Source: a bacterium (GTDB lineage Bacteria > Patescibacteriota > Minisyncoccia > Phycocordibacterales > UBA1550). Taken from it: DNA of 64,000 nucleotides. The position numbers and the translations under genes were made by a program. Below the pieces are notes generated by a model, which was not told the DNA's origin, did not search any database, and saw nothing but the letters and a program-made list of their open reading frames with translations. This document shows, one piece after another, positions 29,071-39,350 of the stretch; positions within the stretch are counted from its first letter, which is position 1, and each line of letters begins with the position of its first letter. The DNA lies in the NCBI GenBank assembly GCA_030649835.1, contig JAUSES010000060.1, positions 6,411 to 70,410 of the forward strand. The letters are read 5' to 3'.

Positions 29071-30622
29071 ATCCATCTCTTTCTCAAAAAAATTATTTTT
29101 CCTCGTAATACTGCTGATGATTGTAGTCGTGTGTATATCGTTGGTGTTATTCGCAACACAAAGCATACGGTTAGATGAAGCACAGACACTCTGGCAAACA
29201 AACCGCTTTCCAGCTGGAATACTACATGTAGTTGCACAGGATGTTCATGTTCCGCTCTACCACCTTGCAGTTCATTTCTGGCAACTAGTTTTTGGAAATT
29301 CAATTGAGAGTGTGCGTAATTTTTCATTACTATTTTTCTTGATTAGTATTCCGCTCGTGTATCGCCTAGGAAAGGAAACATTTGTTTCGACGCGCGTTGC
29401 ACTCATGGGTTGTATGATTTTTTCACTGTCTCCTTTTATGAACTGGTATGCAAATGAGGCCCGTATGTACAGTCTTCTCGTATTTATTTCTCTACTCAAC
29501 CATTATCTCTTTATCCGACTACGAAAAAGTGGCTCCCCGATGCTTTGGTATGCATATACTCTCTCCGCAATCGCGGGAATGTATACGCACTACTTCTTCG
29601 TACTTATTCTTGTAACTCAGATTATCTTCTTTTTACTTAACTATCGAAACTTTCCAAAGGGAGCCTTTGTCCGCTTCGTCCTATCAGCAATTAGCGTTGG
29701 CTTCGCTTTGTTACCATGGATACTCTACGTTCGCTCGCTCGGATCAATGAGTAATTCTCGACCACTTCTTCATTCACCTACTGTTGTCGATATCTTTACT
29801 ACCCTTACTCAGTATTTGTTTGGTACGCAAAGCGTTCCTATAAACTCATTTATTGTTGCGTTATGGCCGCTCATTATGCTTGTGTGGTTTTTCACTTTAC
29901 ACAAGGCCCAGGCAAAAAATATCGACTCAAACTATCTAATAATGCTAATCATACTTCCAATCATGATCACCTTTTTCTTGAGCCTACTTATACGACCTGT
30001 TTTTGAAGCTCGCTATTTAGCATATATCTTTCCCGCTATAGGTCTTTTAATTGCGTCTACGATCGGCAACCTTGGGATAGGACTGCGTCGAATAATTAAT
30101 GTCGCAATTGTCGCGTCCTTATCGATTGCTTTGGTTGTATTGGCAGAAAACCCCAATACCCCAATAAAAGAAAATTATAGGGGAGCAACGGAGTATCTTA
30201 AAATTCATGCGACGCCAAGTGATGTGATTATTGTTTCTGCACCATTTACTATTTACCCACTGGACTATTACTATCAGGGGAGCACAAGAATAACAACACT
30301 TCCGCTTTGGGATCGCTATGCCACCGGACCAATTCCACCACTACAAACAGCAGATATAGAGCGTCAAGTAAAGGAAATTACTGGCACTTATGAGCGCGTG
30401 TGGCTACTTTTAAGCTACGATCAGGGATACGAGTCTGAAATACGTAACTATTTTAATAACCATTACGAAATGCTGGAGAAAAAGGAGCTCTCACCAAATA
30501 TGTCGCTAGCACTTTATAAATTACGCTATGACACTAGTAATATAGTCACTTTAACAACAAACCCATTGCCTATCGATAATCCAGGTAATAAGTTGGGGAA
30601 ACGAACGGCAAAGAAGAGGTAG
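29024..30622 (+). CDS. ArnT/PMT-family (GT-C) membrane glycosyltransferase
   Basis: LDEAQ, DVHVPLY, EARMY, YTHY, RYL; many TM helices. Confidence 0.88.
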   Translation: MATKHKLQTYQLHNRESISFSKKLFFLVILLMIVVVCISLVLFATQSIRLDEAQTLWQTNRFPAGILHVVAQDVHVPLYHLAVHFWQLVFGNSIESVRNFSLLFFLISIPLVYRLGKETFVSTRVALMGCMIFSLSPFMNWYANEARMYSLLVFISLLNHYLFIRLRKSGSPMLWYAYTLSAIAGMYTHYFFVLILVTQIIFFLLNYRNFPKGAFVRFVLSAISVGFALLPWILYVRSLGSMSNSRPLLHSPTVVDIFTTLTQYLFGTQSVPINSFIVALWPLIMLVWFFTLHKAQAKNIDSNYLIMLIILPIMITFFLSLLIRPVFEARYLAYIFPAIGLLIASTIGNLGIGLRRIINVAIVASLSIALVVLAENPNTPIKENYRGATEYLKIHATPSDVIIVSAPFTIYPLDYYYQGSTRITTLPLWDRYATGPIPPLQTADIERQVKEITGTYERVWLLLSYDQGYESEIRNYFNNHYEMLEKKELSPNMSLALYKLRYDTSNIVTLTTNPLPIDNPGNKLGKRTAKKR

Positions 30623-30737
30623 GGATGGCATGTATTACCAATATACCAGCATATTTAAGAACAAATAGCTGATGAATCTCTTTATTATTGTACAAACAGA
30701 CAATTTGGCAAATATTTTTTGTGCAACAGAGCTTTTT

Positions 30738-32198
30738 ATGCGAAACATTATGACTCAATCCACACTACAACTACACACCACAAGAAGAAACTCATTTTTG
30801 ATGGGGCTTTTGTTTGTGCTGGTGAGCTCATTATTTACATTTACCATACCGCTTTCCGCGTTTGAAACAGAGTATCTTACATTAAATACGTTTAGTGGTC
30901 CTGTCGGAACAGAGCTTACTGTTTCTGGAGGTGGCTTCACCGCAAATCATCCGCTTCAAATATATTTGGGCGGAAGTTCAACGTCGACTAAAACAATCTC
31001 GACAGATGAGCATGCAAACTTTTCAACACAGATTGTTGTTCCAATAACAACTGGGACAGGTAGGCTCTCCGTAGTGGCAAAAAGTTCCAGTCCCAATATT
31101 AGTGCAGAGAACTTTTTCTATGTAGTTCCCTTTAACCCTACTGCAACATTTAACGCAACATCCCACACGCCACTATCTACGATCACCGTATCGGGCTCAG
31201 GGTTTGCGCCTCGCGAAAGAATCAATTTTGAACTCGCAGGAGGAACAAGTTATACGGTAGCAGATCAAAATGGTAGTTTCACTGATGGAGAAATAATTAT
31301 TCCGAACGTAGCGGAGGGACTCTACCATCTCAATGTCGCGGGATCCTCAAGTGGAGCCTCTGTGCCACAGTGGCAGAACTATTTTTGGATTGATAAATTT
31401 TATCCAAGTGTATCGCCCTCGTCATATTATCTAACACCGGGGTCAACGCTTACTTTCTCGGGCTCTGGCTTCTCTGAGCACGAAGTAGTATCTATCTACG
31501 CAAATGGAGGAAGTGTACCGGTCGCAGAATTCGTCACCTGCTCTTGTGAAAAGTTTGAGAACAGAGGAGAGATAGTTATTCCTTTCAGTCTCCAAGACAC
31601 AAAAGCAACCTATGAGCTCCGTGGTTCGCAAAGTGGTGCGACAACATCCACGACCGTCACGATAGGAAAATTGTATGTTTCTATTTCTCCATCGTCCTAC
31701 TATGTGACACCAAACAATGATGTTGTCATTACAGGTAGTGGCTTTGCGCCAGGAGAAACAGTCATCGTCGACATCATGAAAGACGGTACTCGAAACCACG
31801 CCACCTCTACAGCTGATACAAACGGTAGTTTCTCGGCGACTCTTCTCGTTCCCTTTGGTGATGGGTTATCACCCGTGTCTGCCCGCGGTGCATCAAGTGG
31901 CGAAATAGCTACAGTCAACCTTACCCTAGCGCGATTTTACCCGAGTGTTACCCCGAGTATATATTACCTGTCTCTCCATAGCACAGTATCATTCGTAGGC
32001 AGAGGTTATGCCGCACGTGAACAGGTTGTAATATCTTCGCCAAGTTTTGTGACTACCAGTGTCACTGCGGATGCATCAGGAAGCTTCGTCACCGAACCAA
32101 TAACTACCATTAGTCGGTCTTCTTCAAGCACTCCTGTGACTCTCTTTGGTGTGCTGAGTCAAGCCGAGGTAATAGTTAATCTTGCTCTACAAATTTAG
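30738..32198 (+). CDS. Surface protein with repeated Ig-like domains
   Basis: Repeats of SPSSYY...G.GF..GE.V...AD..GSF. Confidence 0.8.
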   Translation: MRNIMTQSTLQLHTTRRNSFLMGLLFVLVSSLFTFTIPLSAFETEYLTLNTFSGPVGTELTVSGGGFTANHPLQIYLGGSSTSTKTISTDEHANFSTQIVVPITTGTGRLSVVAKSSSPNISAENFFYVVPFNPTATFNATSHTPLSTITVSGSGFAPRERINFELAGGTSYTVADQNGSFTDGEIIIPNVAEGLYHLNVAGSSSGASVPQWQNYFWIDKFYPSVSPSSYYLTPGSTLTFSGSGFSEHEVVSIYANGGSVPVAEFVTCSCEKFENRGEIVIPFSLQDTKATYELRGSQSGATTSTTVTIGKLYVSISPSSYYVTPNNDVVITGSGFAPGETVIVDIMKDGTRNHATSTADTNGSFSATLLVPFGDGLSPVSARGASSGEIATVNLTLARFYPSVTPSIYYLSLHSTVSFVGRGYAAREQVVISSPSFVTTSVTADASGSFVTEPITTISRSSSSTPVTLFGVLSQAEVIVNLALQI

Positions 32199-32208
32199 CA
32201 ATATCACC

Positions 32209-32246
32209 TAGACAAAAATCCTCACATCCGTGAGGATTTTTGTCTA
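32209..32246. terminator. Bidirectional terminator
   Basis: TAGACAAAAATCCTCAC-ATCC-GTGAGGATTTTTGTCTA between convergent genes. Confidence 0.8.
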
Positions 32247-32299
32247 TGCTTGTCAGGCACAATCTCTCTACTTAATAGCTGTACCATCCAACATTACCA

Positions 32300-34498
32300 T
32301 TAGTGTTGCACATGAATAGTAATACTCTTTGTGGCAATCACTGCGCCCGCATTGTCTCGTGCGGTGAACGTAAGTGTATAGGGCCCACTTCCCTTCCATT
32401 TCCATCCAGAAAGATCCACCCATGTTTCCTTGTGAGGATAATCCTGGGGAGTACTATACATCCAGTTGTCCTGTCCGGTGTCCACACGCCAGTACATTTC
32501 ATATTGATCAACAGAAAGATTCTCTACTACGGCCTTAAAGGGTAAGGTACCGCCAATAGTTGAATCTGTTGTAGGCCACCACACATTGATAGCTCGAGAT
32601 GTACTCACTGGTGTTGGCGCGGGAGCTACGGGAGTAGGTACAATCACCGGAGCGGGTGGAGGTACAGGAGCTGGTGTGGGTGCGGGAACCACAGGAGTAG
32701 GTACTGGAGCAATAAGTTTCTCTACCTTAAATGTCGCCGTAGAATCCCTCCATATATAGTTCTGAGACCAACCACTCGCAAATATCCCAACAGCCACACG
32801 ATATGCATCTGGCACATCTGTTTGCCATGACACTTGATATTGTTTTTTCTCACCACTTCCGAACGACTGTGACTCTGTGAATTCCTGGAACACTTTTTGA
32901 TTGGCACTATTGTAGATTTCAATATCCACAATTGAGCTACCAACTGCTGTTCCATTATTCGTCACGTCAACCGCTATAGACTGATTCGTATTTGTGTTTA
33001 CTGTCGGCAAAGCAACATTGCTTTGTACCGAGAATCCAACTGCAGATGGTGTAGGAGTAGCTACATCAGCAATCTTAAATGTCGCTGCTGGTCCGCTCCA
33101 ATCATACATAAGGCTCCAGTCGAATTTGAATACACCAACTTTTACTGTGTAGTCGCCTCTGATATCTGTATTCCATACTACAGGATATTTCTGAGCTGTG
33201 TTTGCAGAAATATTTTGCTTCTCGAAGTATTTCTGATACACCTTCGTTCCTGCTGTGTCATAAACTTCCACATCAATGATACCGTTTATGAGATCCCCAC
33301 CCGTGTTCGCAATACTTGCAGTAATGCTAACCTCCTGACCTGGAGTATATGTTCCATTTGATACTACAGCAGTAGCTTTCACCTGCGGAGCGTTTTGCAA
33401 CTCGAGTGGTACTACTGGTGCAACCACCGGAGCGCTACCGTTCCCACTAAACCAGTTGGTAATCACACTCTGCGCAAGTTTATTTTGCGGAGTATAGTCA
33501 CGGTTACCATCACCTCCGTCGAGTGGCGAGGGTTTCCATTCCCAGAAGTAAATTCCTTTCATGAAGCTAACATCGTTCCAATAGGAGAACAGTGCTTCGT
33601 AAGCATTTGCCTGTTCCTCGGCATTAAAGCCGTTATCGATCATATAGTTGCCTGGCTCCAAGTGAGTACCTGAGGTACTCTTATAACCAATCTCAGTAAA
33701 GATAATGGGTTTATTTATTCTCTGCTGAAATGGCGTTATGTCATTTCTATTCCATTCATCCCAATATGCACGATATGCATCTGCGGACGTTTCATTGAAG
33801 TTACTTCCCAATGTGTAATACGCGTCGATACCTGCATAGTCAAGCACATCCCAAAACGCTACTTGGTTTTTTTCATCTGCCCATCCGGTTCCCCAGTTGG
33901 CAGCATACGAAAGCTTGCCACTATATACTGTTCTCACATTAGCAATAAGTGCTTTCCAGTTTTCAGTGTTTGTAGAATTATGGGTGTCAGAGCTCACCTC
34001 AATCATTTCTGTCCCGAGAATCAAAAGCTCGACACCGTTTGTCTCTGCAAGGCGCGCGTAGTGCTCAAGATGTTTCCCATACGCAGCAAACCATGCATTT
34101 CTATCGCTTGGGTCTACGTACGCACGCCACTCCCCTGTCTTTGGGTCTGAGTGAAACTTCACCGCAACTGACATTCCCAATGAATGTGCTTTCTGTATTG
34201 CGTGTATAAGAGACTCATCAGTAGGGGTATTCCATCCCGGCCCAATATCTGAACTCTTTGTTGTCGACTGATACAACTGAACAATGAAACTCACTGAGTT
34301 TGCATTAGTTGCTTTTAAATTTGTAATTGACTCGTCAAATGACGCAGTCCCATATTCCGTAGTATTCGTAGGAGTAATATTCGCACCTCTATTCCATGCA
34401 GACATATCTGCATGTACATATACAGGTATTCCAACACTTAAAATCACGACTGTTGATAATACTGCCACAACCTTCGATATAATTTTTTTAATGTTCAT
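32300..34498 (-). CDS. Secreted GH113-like glycoside hydrolase with two Ig-like domains and a Pro-rich linker
   Basis: GTEM, YAANW, FWD.LD..GIDAY, KPIIFTEIGY.S, TPQNK.A. Confidence 0.82.
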   Translation of the reverse strand: MNIKKIISKVVAVLSTVVILSVGIPVYVHADMSAWNRGANITPTNTTEYGTASFDESITNLKATNANSVSFIVQLYQSTTKSSDIGPGWNTPTDESLIHAIQKAHSLGMSVAVKFHSDPKTGEWRAYVDPSDRNAWFAAYGKHLEHYARLAETNGVELLILGTEMIEVSSDTHNSTNTENWKALIANVRTVYSGKLSYAANWGTGWADEKNQVAFWDVLDYAGIDAYYTLGSNFNETSADAYRAYWDEWNRNDITPFQQRINKPIIFTEIGYKSTSGTHLEPGNYMIDNGFNAEEQANAYEALFSYWNDVSFMKGIYFWEWKPSPLDGGDGNRDYTPQNKLAQSVITNWFSGNGSAPVVAPVVPLELQNAPQVKATAVVSNGTYTPGQEVSITASIANTGGDLINGIIDVEVYDTAGTKVYQKYFEKQNISANTAQKYPVVWNTDIRGDYTVKVGVFKFDWSLMYDWSGPAATFKIADVATPTPSAVGFSVQSNVALPTVNTNTNQSIAVDVTNNGTAVGSSIVDIEIYNSANQKVFQEFTESQSFGSGEKKQYQVSWQTDVPDAYRVAVGIFASGWSQNYIWRDSTATFKVEKLIAPVPTPVVPAPTPAPVPPPAPVIVPTPVAPAPTPVSTSRAINVWWPTTDSTIGGTLPFKAVVENLSVDQYEMYWRVDTGQDNWMYSTPQDYPHKETWVDLSGWKWKGSGPYTLTFTARDNAGAVIATKSITIHVQH

Positions 34499-34699
34499 AA
34501 CGCCTCGAAGTGTAGCATTGCGGACTTCTCTGTCAACGAGAATCTTTTGTGAAAAATTTCATATTTTTTTAAACCCCTACGGTTAAGCGGTGCTAAAATA
34601 ATTTGCTAATAAGGAATCTTTGTTGCGTAGATTTTGACTCGTGTCCCTAGACTCTTTTGTGATATCATTGTCATACAGTTGATCTATAGAAACAACATA

Positions 34700-35227
34700 A
34701 TGGTACACCGTATACGCGAAAAACCCCATATATTACTTGAAAATCCCTCGGAAAAGGTAGGTATTGTTGCCTTTTCTTTTGGCCTCAGGGCCACGGACGA
34801 AGAACCGAATCCGTGCAATAGAAGGCTCGCTGAAGAAACTTTTCGTATAGCAACATCCCTCTCCTTTCCGGTATACATAGTATCGCAATGGGAGATTACG
34901 CGAGCGCTCAATGAGCTCGGCATGCCACCATCGCTCAGTGTTGAAATGACGCCAGAAAAGTACCTCGATAGCGAGGGAGTCATGGATGTTGCCGCTACAT
35001 TTTTCAAATCAAACGGAATTACCAGCGTGATTCCTATCGCACATCCTTTCCTTCATGGTACCAAGTGTCGAAGGCTCGTTGTAGAACACGGCTTCAAGCT
35101 CATCAAGCGAGATATTCGGAAAATTGGCTTCGATAGAAAATCTCTGCAACCCTACACCCGTGGCCCTCTCCAGCTTCTTCTTTACGCAATCAGACAAAAA
35201 CTTTTTGGACATCGTGGCACAAAATAA
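34700..35227 (+). CDS. Hypothetical protein (possibly DUF218/Rossmann-like)
   Basis: AFSFG...N..LA...QWEI...YLDS...IAHP.H pattern. Confidence 0.65.
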   Translation: MVHRIREKPHILLENPSEKVGIVAFSFGLRATDEEPNPCNRRLAEETFRIATSLSFPVYIVSQWEITRALNELGMPPSLSVEMTPEKYLDSEGVMDVAATFFKSNGITSVIPIAHPFLHGTKCRRLVVEHGFKLIKRDIRKIGFDRKSLQPYTRGPLQLLLYAIRQKLFGHRGTK

Positions 35228-35268
35228 AACGCTAATTTAGTATTAAATATAATGTTAAGTAGTTCCTT

Positions 35269-35619
35269 CTATACCAGAGCAAACGACGCATACTTAGCAC
35301 TACGAAGTACGTTTGGTTTTACGAGACACACCTCGATCTGCCTTTCCCCACACACTGAGAGAACGGTGTTTTTTATCTCATTGGCTAGTCGCTCAATCAG
35401 TTTGAAGGGTTTTTCCACTACAAGCGATTCAATGGCGCGCATAACTTCAACATAATCAACCGTATCCTTAATATCATCACTTTGTGATGGTAGGTCAAAG
35501 TTTCCATATATTTTAAGACTCACGTAGATTTTTTGCGGATGAGCGCGTTCCAAATCAGTTACCCCAAGATGACAGAGAAGTGAAAGATCCTTTATTTCAA
35601 TGTAGCTTTGTTTGTTCAT
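35269..35619 (-). CDS. folB: Dihydroneopterin aldolase
   Basis: HLGV...ER..PQ, SDDIKDTVDY, LIERLA, KP. Confidence 0.92.
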   Translation of the reverse strand: MNKQSYIEIKDLSLLCHLGVTDLERAHPQKIYVSLKIYGNFDLPSQSDDIKDTVDYVEVMRAIESLVVEKPFKLIERLANEIKNTVLSVCGERQIEVCLVKPNVLRSAKYASFALV

Positions 35620-35637
35620 TTTATTTTAATTACTTGA

Positions 35638-35769
35638 CCCCCACACCTATCTTCGCATTATTCTGCTTTCACATGATTATTCATACTCATCAAAAAATCT
35701 TAATTTCTCCAGAAAACCTTATAATTACTATGTAGCACAACAAAAGCTCCGCGAGGATAGGTGTGGGGG
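35638..35769. mobile_element. MITE with CCCCCACACCTA ends, inserted at the -35 box of the csp promoter
   Basis: 19-bp TIRs with 1 mismatch; TTGA duplicated at 35634-35637 and 35770-35773. Confidence 0.85.
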
Positions 35770-35798
35770 TTGACTTTTTTGAGGGGTTATGCTAGACT
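35770..35798 (+). promoter_or_regulatory. Sigma70-type promoter for the cold-shock gene
   Basis: TTGACT, 17-bp spacer, TG-extended TAGACT; implies a ~160-nt 5' UTR as is usual for csp genes. Confidence 0.65.
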
Positions 35799-35963
35799 TG
35801 AGTCACAAAAGTAGTAGGAAGGGTTGGGCTAAATAATTTTGCTCGCAAAATTATCGCCCGAACATTTGTAACCAAATGTTTTAGGGGGGAAGAGTCGATT
35901 TTCTCAAACTAGTCTGTAGCTATATTTTTGTATATTAGTAGATTAAGTAAATAAAAAGATTTT

Positions 35964-36161
35964 ATGAAAGGAACAATTAAGAAAGTTACTGACAAGGGTT
36001 TTGGTTTTATCACTGCAGAAGGTATGGAGAAGGATCTCTTCTTCCACGCTAACTCACTCGTAGGTACCACATTTGATGATATTCGCGAGGGTGACGAAGT
36101 TACATTCGAGACTGAAGATTCCGCAAAAGGAATGAGCGCAGTAAACGTAGAGCGTGCATAA
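35964..36161 (+). CDS. cspA: Cold-shock domain protein
   Basis: KGFGFI, DLFFH, EGDEVTF...KG..AVNV. Confidence 0.95.
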   Translation: MKGTIKKVTDKGFGFITAEGMEKDLFFHANSLVGTTFDDIREGDEVTFETEDSAKGMSAVNVERA

Positions 36162-36172
36162 TGTACGCTATG

Positions 36173-36209
36173 ACAAAACCCCATCAGCCTACGGCTGATG
36201 GGGTTTTGT
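36173..36209. terminator. Bidirectional terminator
   Basis: ACAAAACCCCATCAGCC-TAC-GGCTGATGGGGTTTTGT. Confidence 0.85.
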
Positions 36210-36626
36210 TTATTTCTTTTCCTTTGATTTGCAAGACTCACACCGACACCCAAAAGGTTTTATATACTCATCAAAATGTTCCTCGCCGTAATCATACGTA
36301 AATTCCTCCCCCTCCTCGATACGTTTAATCGCTTTAATAAAAACCCGCCCACCAATAATTTCTACTTCACAGTTTGGCTTACAGGAATGGTTTATGTACC
36401 GAGCTGTGTTTGAGCGCGCTCTTCCGTCTATCATTCTTGTTTTGCTGGTCTCAAAAAGGTACATATTCCCTCCGGGATGTGCGGCAACATCTTTACCAGA
36501 GATTATTGTCCCTACGTATTCGATAATCCACGTTCCTCTTTTAATCGGCTCCGTAGCAAAAAGTCCGAGGCCAGCGCCTGACTTCTTTACCTTATATTTT
36601 TTATCAGTAATTTTTGGAATTGGCAT
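36210..36626 (-). CDS. SET-domain protein with post-SET cysteines
   Basis: GLGLFA, IEYVG, ARYINHSC.PN, GEE.TYDY, CRC..C. Confidence 0.95.
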   Translation of the reverse strand: MPIPKITDKKYKVKKSGAGLGLFATEPIKRGTWIIEYVGTIISGKDVAAHPGGNMYLFETSKTRMIDGRARSNTARYINHSCKPNCEVEIIGGRVFIKAIKRIEEGEEFTYDYGEEHFDEYIKPFGCRCESCKSKEKK

Positions 36627-36782
36627 GATTGATTTTAAAAGAGTGAAGCGATTATTAAAATCATCACCCGGTTAAATGATTTTTTTAATAAAAATCCCTG
36701 CTTTGCAGGATTTAACTGGGTCTGGGAGATTACCATCTTCAACTCAATCGTTAGTATACGCAAAATAGTGTAGAATGCAACA

Positions 36783-38078
36783 ATGCAAAAAGAAGTTGAG
36801 GAAGAAAAAAATAGACTAACCTATGATGTTGCGATAATCGGAGGCGGGCCCGCAGGAATGATAGCGGCTATTCATGCTAGAAAGGAGGGTGCCTCTGTTA
36901 TTCTCGTAGAGAAAAATGGTTCTCTCGGAAAAAAACTTTTAATTACAGGTGGCGGGAGATGTAATGTAACCAATGCAACTTTTGATAATCGCGCGCTCGC
37001 AGAAAAGTACGGGAAAAAGGGGAAATTCCTTCTCTCTCCTTTTTCGAAGTGGGGGGCACAAAAAACAATAGATTTCTTTGAGGCGCACGATATGCCAACA
37101 AAAGTTGAAGCTGAGGCTCGTGTTTTTCCTATGAGTAATTCGGCACAAAGTGTCTGGGAGGTTTTGGTGGAGGAGCTCGAGGACTCAAAGGTTACCATTC
37201 TTAAGGGTGCGCCAGTATTGAAGGTTAATTCCAAAGATGGCGCTATTGTAAGTATTGAAACCGCAGATCATATAATCTCTGCGCGATCATTTATAATCAC
37301 GACTGGAGGAACGGCACGTCCGGAGACTGGCTCCTCGGGTGATGGGTTTAAGTGGCTAAAGAAACTTGGGCACACCATAGCTACGCCGAGTGTTGCGCTC
37401 GTGCCTGTAAAAATAAAAGAGTCGTGGGTTCATCGACTTCAAGGCCTCTCTCTACCCGAAGTAAAAGTTAGCCTTGTTGAGGGAAAAGTATTAACTGAAA
37501 CAAAAGTTGGGAAAATATTATTTACGCATTTTGGGCTCTCTGGTCCGCTTGTCCTTGGCATGAGCCAAATTATAGGTGAAGCAGTGCGTGAGGGAAACAT
37601 TGGGCTTTCATTAGACCTCTATCCTGAATTAGACCACAGCTCTCTCGACGAGAAACTACGCGATCATTTGAAAAAAGTACAAAACAAAAAATGGGCAAAT
37701 GCACTCGCGGGATTTGTCTCACCACTCCTCGCGCCAGTTCTTGTTGAGCTTTCAGGAATAAATGCGACCATGCTCGTAAACAAAATCCCGAGGATAGAGC
37801 GCATCGCTTTTGTAAAGAAATTGAAGGGATTAGTGATAACACCCACTGGACTCCTTGGCACAGAGAAGGCAATCACCACATCTGGTGGTGTCGCGCTTAC
37901 GGAGGTCGACTTCAAGACAATGCGTTCACAAAAAATAGAAAATTTGCACCTTGCAGGCGACATCCTTGACTTCGATCGCCCCTCCGGTGGGTTTAGCCTT
38001 CAGATATGTTGGGCGACCGGTGCGATTGCAGGAGAAAATGCAGGCAAAGTTTCATCGACGAGGAAAGAAGTGGTATAA
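36783..38078 (+). CDS. HI0933/BaiN-family flavoprotein
   Basis: GGGPAG, GKKLLITGGGRCNVTN, LFTHFGLSGP, GEILD-like GDILD...GGF.LQ. Confidence 0.93.
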   Translation: MQKEVEEEKNRLTYDVAIIGGGPAGMIAAIHARKEGASVILVEKNGSLGKKLLITGGGRCNVTNATFDNRALAEKYGKKGKFLLSPFSKWGAQKTIDFFEAHDMPTKVEAEARVFPMSNSAQSVWEVLVEELEDSKVTILKGAPVLKVNSKDGAIVSIETADHIISARSFIITTGGTARPETGSSGDGFKWLKKLGHTIATPSVALVPVKIKESWVHRLQGLSLPEVKVSLVEGKVLTETKVGKILFTHFGLSGPLVLGMSQIIGEAVREGNIGLSLDLYPELDHSSLDEKLRDHLKKVQNKKWANALAGFVSPLLAPVLVELSGINATMLVNKIPRIERIAFVKKLKGLVITPTGLLGTEKAITTSGGVALTEVDFKTMRSQKIENLHLAGDILDFDRPSGGFSLQICWATGAIAGENAGKVSSTRKEVV

Positions 38079-38085
38079 TATACAG

Positions 38086-39339
38086 ATGAAAACGCTCACA
38101 AAAAGTATGAGTTTTTTGAGATCTATCTTTCCAAAAACTTTCTCGAGTATTGGAACAGTAGCCGTCATCATTGTGACTGTTGTTGTATCCGCTGGTAGCA
38201 TTTCGTACTTTTTTTCACAAACAATCAAGCAATACATCATTGAGGAAGAAACGAATATAGTTTTTGAACTTATTGCAAAGCAGGCAGAAAAACACCTGGA
38301 ACACGTTGGAATTACCTCAACTTTCCTCGTGGAAGAAAATGACGAATCCAAAGAAATATTTAGTGATCTTAACTTTGAGCTTTCCCAATCATTGAAGTCG
38401 ATATCTGCAATGAAACTATTTACGCCTCAAGGAAAACTTATCTGGGCAAGTCTCCCAACTGATGAAATCGGTAAGTACAGCGAAACAGAGGAAATCGCTG
38501 GGGCAATAAGCAAAGGACGGCTTGTTAAAAATGCTGATTATACATCCGCTGACGACTCCGCACTACAGGAAACACTTAATCTTTTTGTACCAATAAAAGA
38601 CGTGAGTGGGAACCCTATCGCAGTAGTTGAGGTATATTTTGATACAAGCAGTGTTGCATCATACACAGACAGTGTTGGAAAATTTCTTTGGAGCATTACG
38701 ATTGTAACGGTCGTCGTTATATACCTAATTTTACACTATACACTTAGACGACAAGATGAGAAGTTGGTTGCTCAATCAACTGAACTTCAAAGAATAATCG
38801 ATAAATCGCCAATAGGTATTTACACTATAAACAAACGAGGTAATATCGAGACATACAACCCTGCGATGATGCAAATATCTGGTATCAATGACGCAAAGGA
38901 AACAATTGGAAAAAACGTTTTTGATGCTGAGGCATACAAAAAATGCGGTCTGGATGTGCTTCTTCATGGGAGTACAGAGGGGATACCCTTTGAAACTGAA
39001 GTTGAGATTGAGTCCTCACTGAGAGACCACAAAAAAACGTGGCGACACTACTACGGTGTACCAATTAAAAATCAAGGTGGTGATCTTGAGCGCGTACTCG
39101 TTATGGTTGAGGATGTGACGAAACAAAAAGACCTAGAAAAACAAGTGCGCGAGGATGAGGAAGGCCTCGAGAATAAAATAAAAAGTCGCACAAGAGAGCT
39201 GGGCGAGAAACTTGATGAGCTTCAGCGCTTTCATCGACTAACCGTTGACCGTGAACTTAGGATGGTAGAGCTTAAAAAACAAATGGAAAAAATGCGCATC
39301 AAAATTAAAGAACTCGAAGACAATAGAAACCTACCATAA
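38086..39339 (+). CDS. Membrane sensor with PAS domain and C-terminal coiled coil (no kinase domain)
   Basis: Two TM helices, PAS (SPIGIY...N...GK...EDVT), tail RELRMVELKK. Confidence 0.8.
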   Translation: MKTLTKSMSFLRSIFPKTFSSIGTVAVIIVTVVVSAGSISYFFSQTIKQYIIEEETNIVFELIAKQAEKHLEHVGITSTFLVEENDESKEIFSDLNFELSQSLKSISAMKLFTPQGKLIWASLPTDEIGKYSETEEIAGAISKGRLVKNADYTSADDSALQETLNLFVPIKDVSGNPIAVVEVYFDTSSVASYTDSVGKFLWSITIVTVVVIYLILHYTLRRQDEKLVAQSTELQRIIDKSPIGIYTINKRGNIETYNPAMMQISGINDAKETIGKNVFDAEAYKKCGLDVLLHGSTEGIPFETEVEIESSLRDHKKTWRHYYGVPIKNQGGDLERVLVMVEDVTKQKDLEKQVREDEEGLENKIKSRTRELGEKLDELQRFHRLTVDRELRMVELKKQMEKMRIKIKELEDNRNLP

Positions 39340-39350
39340 CGGCCCAAACG

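Noticed and set aside
36210-36626. SET-domain protein as a eukaryote-like novelty
   Set aside because: Small stand-alone SET proteins are already known in many bacteria; annotated as a feature only.
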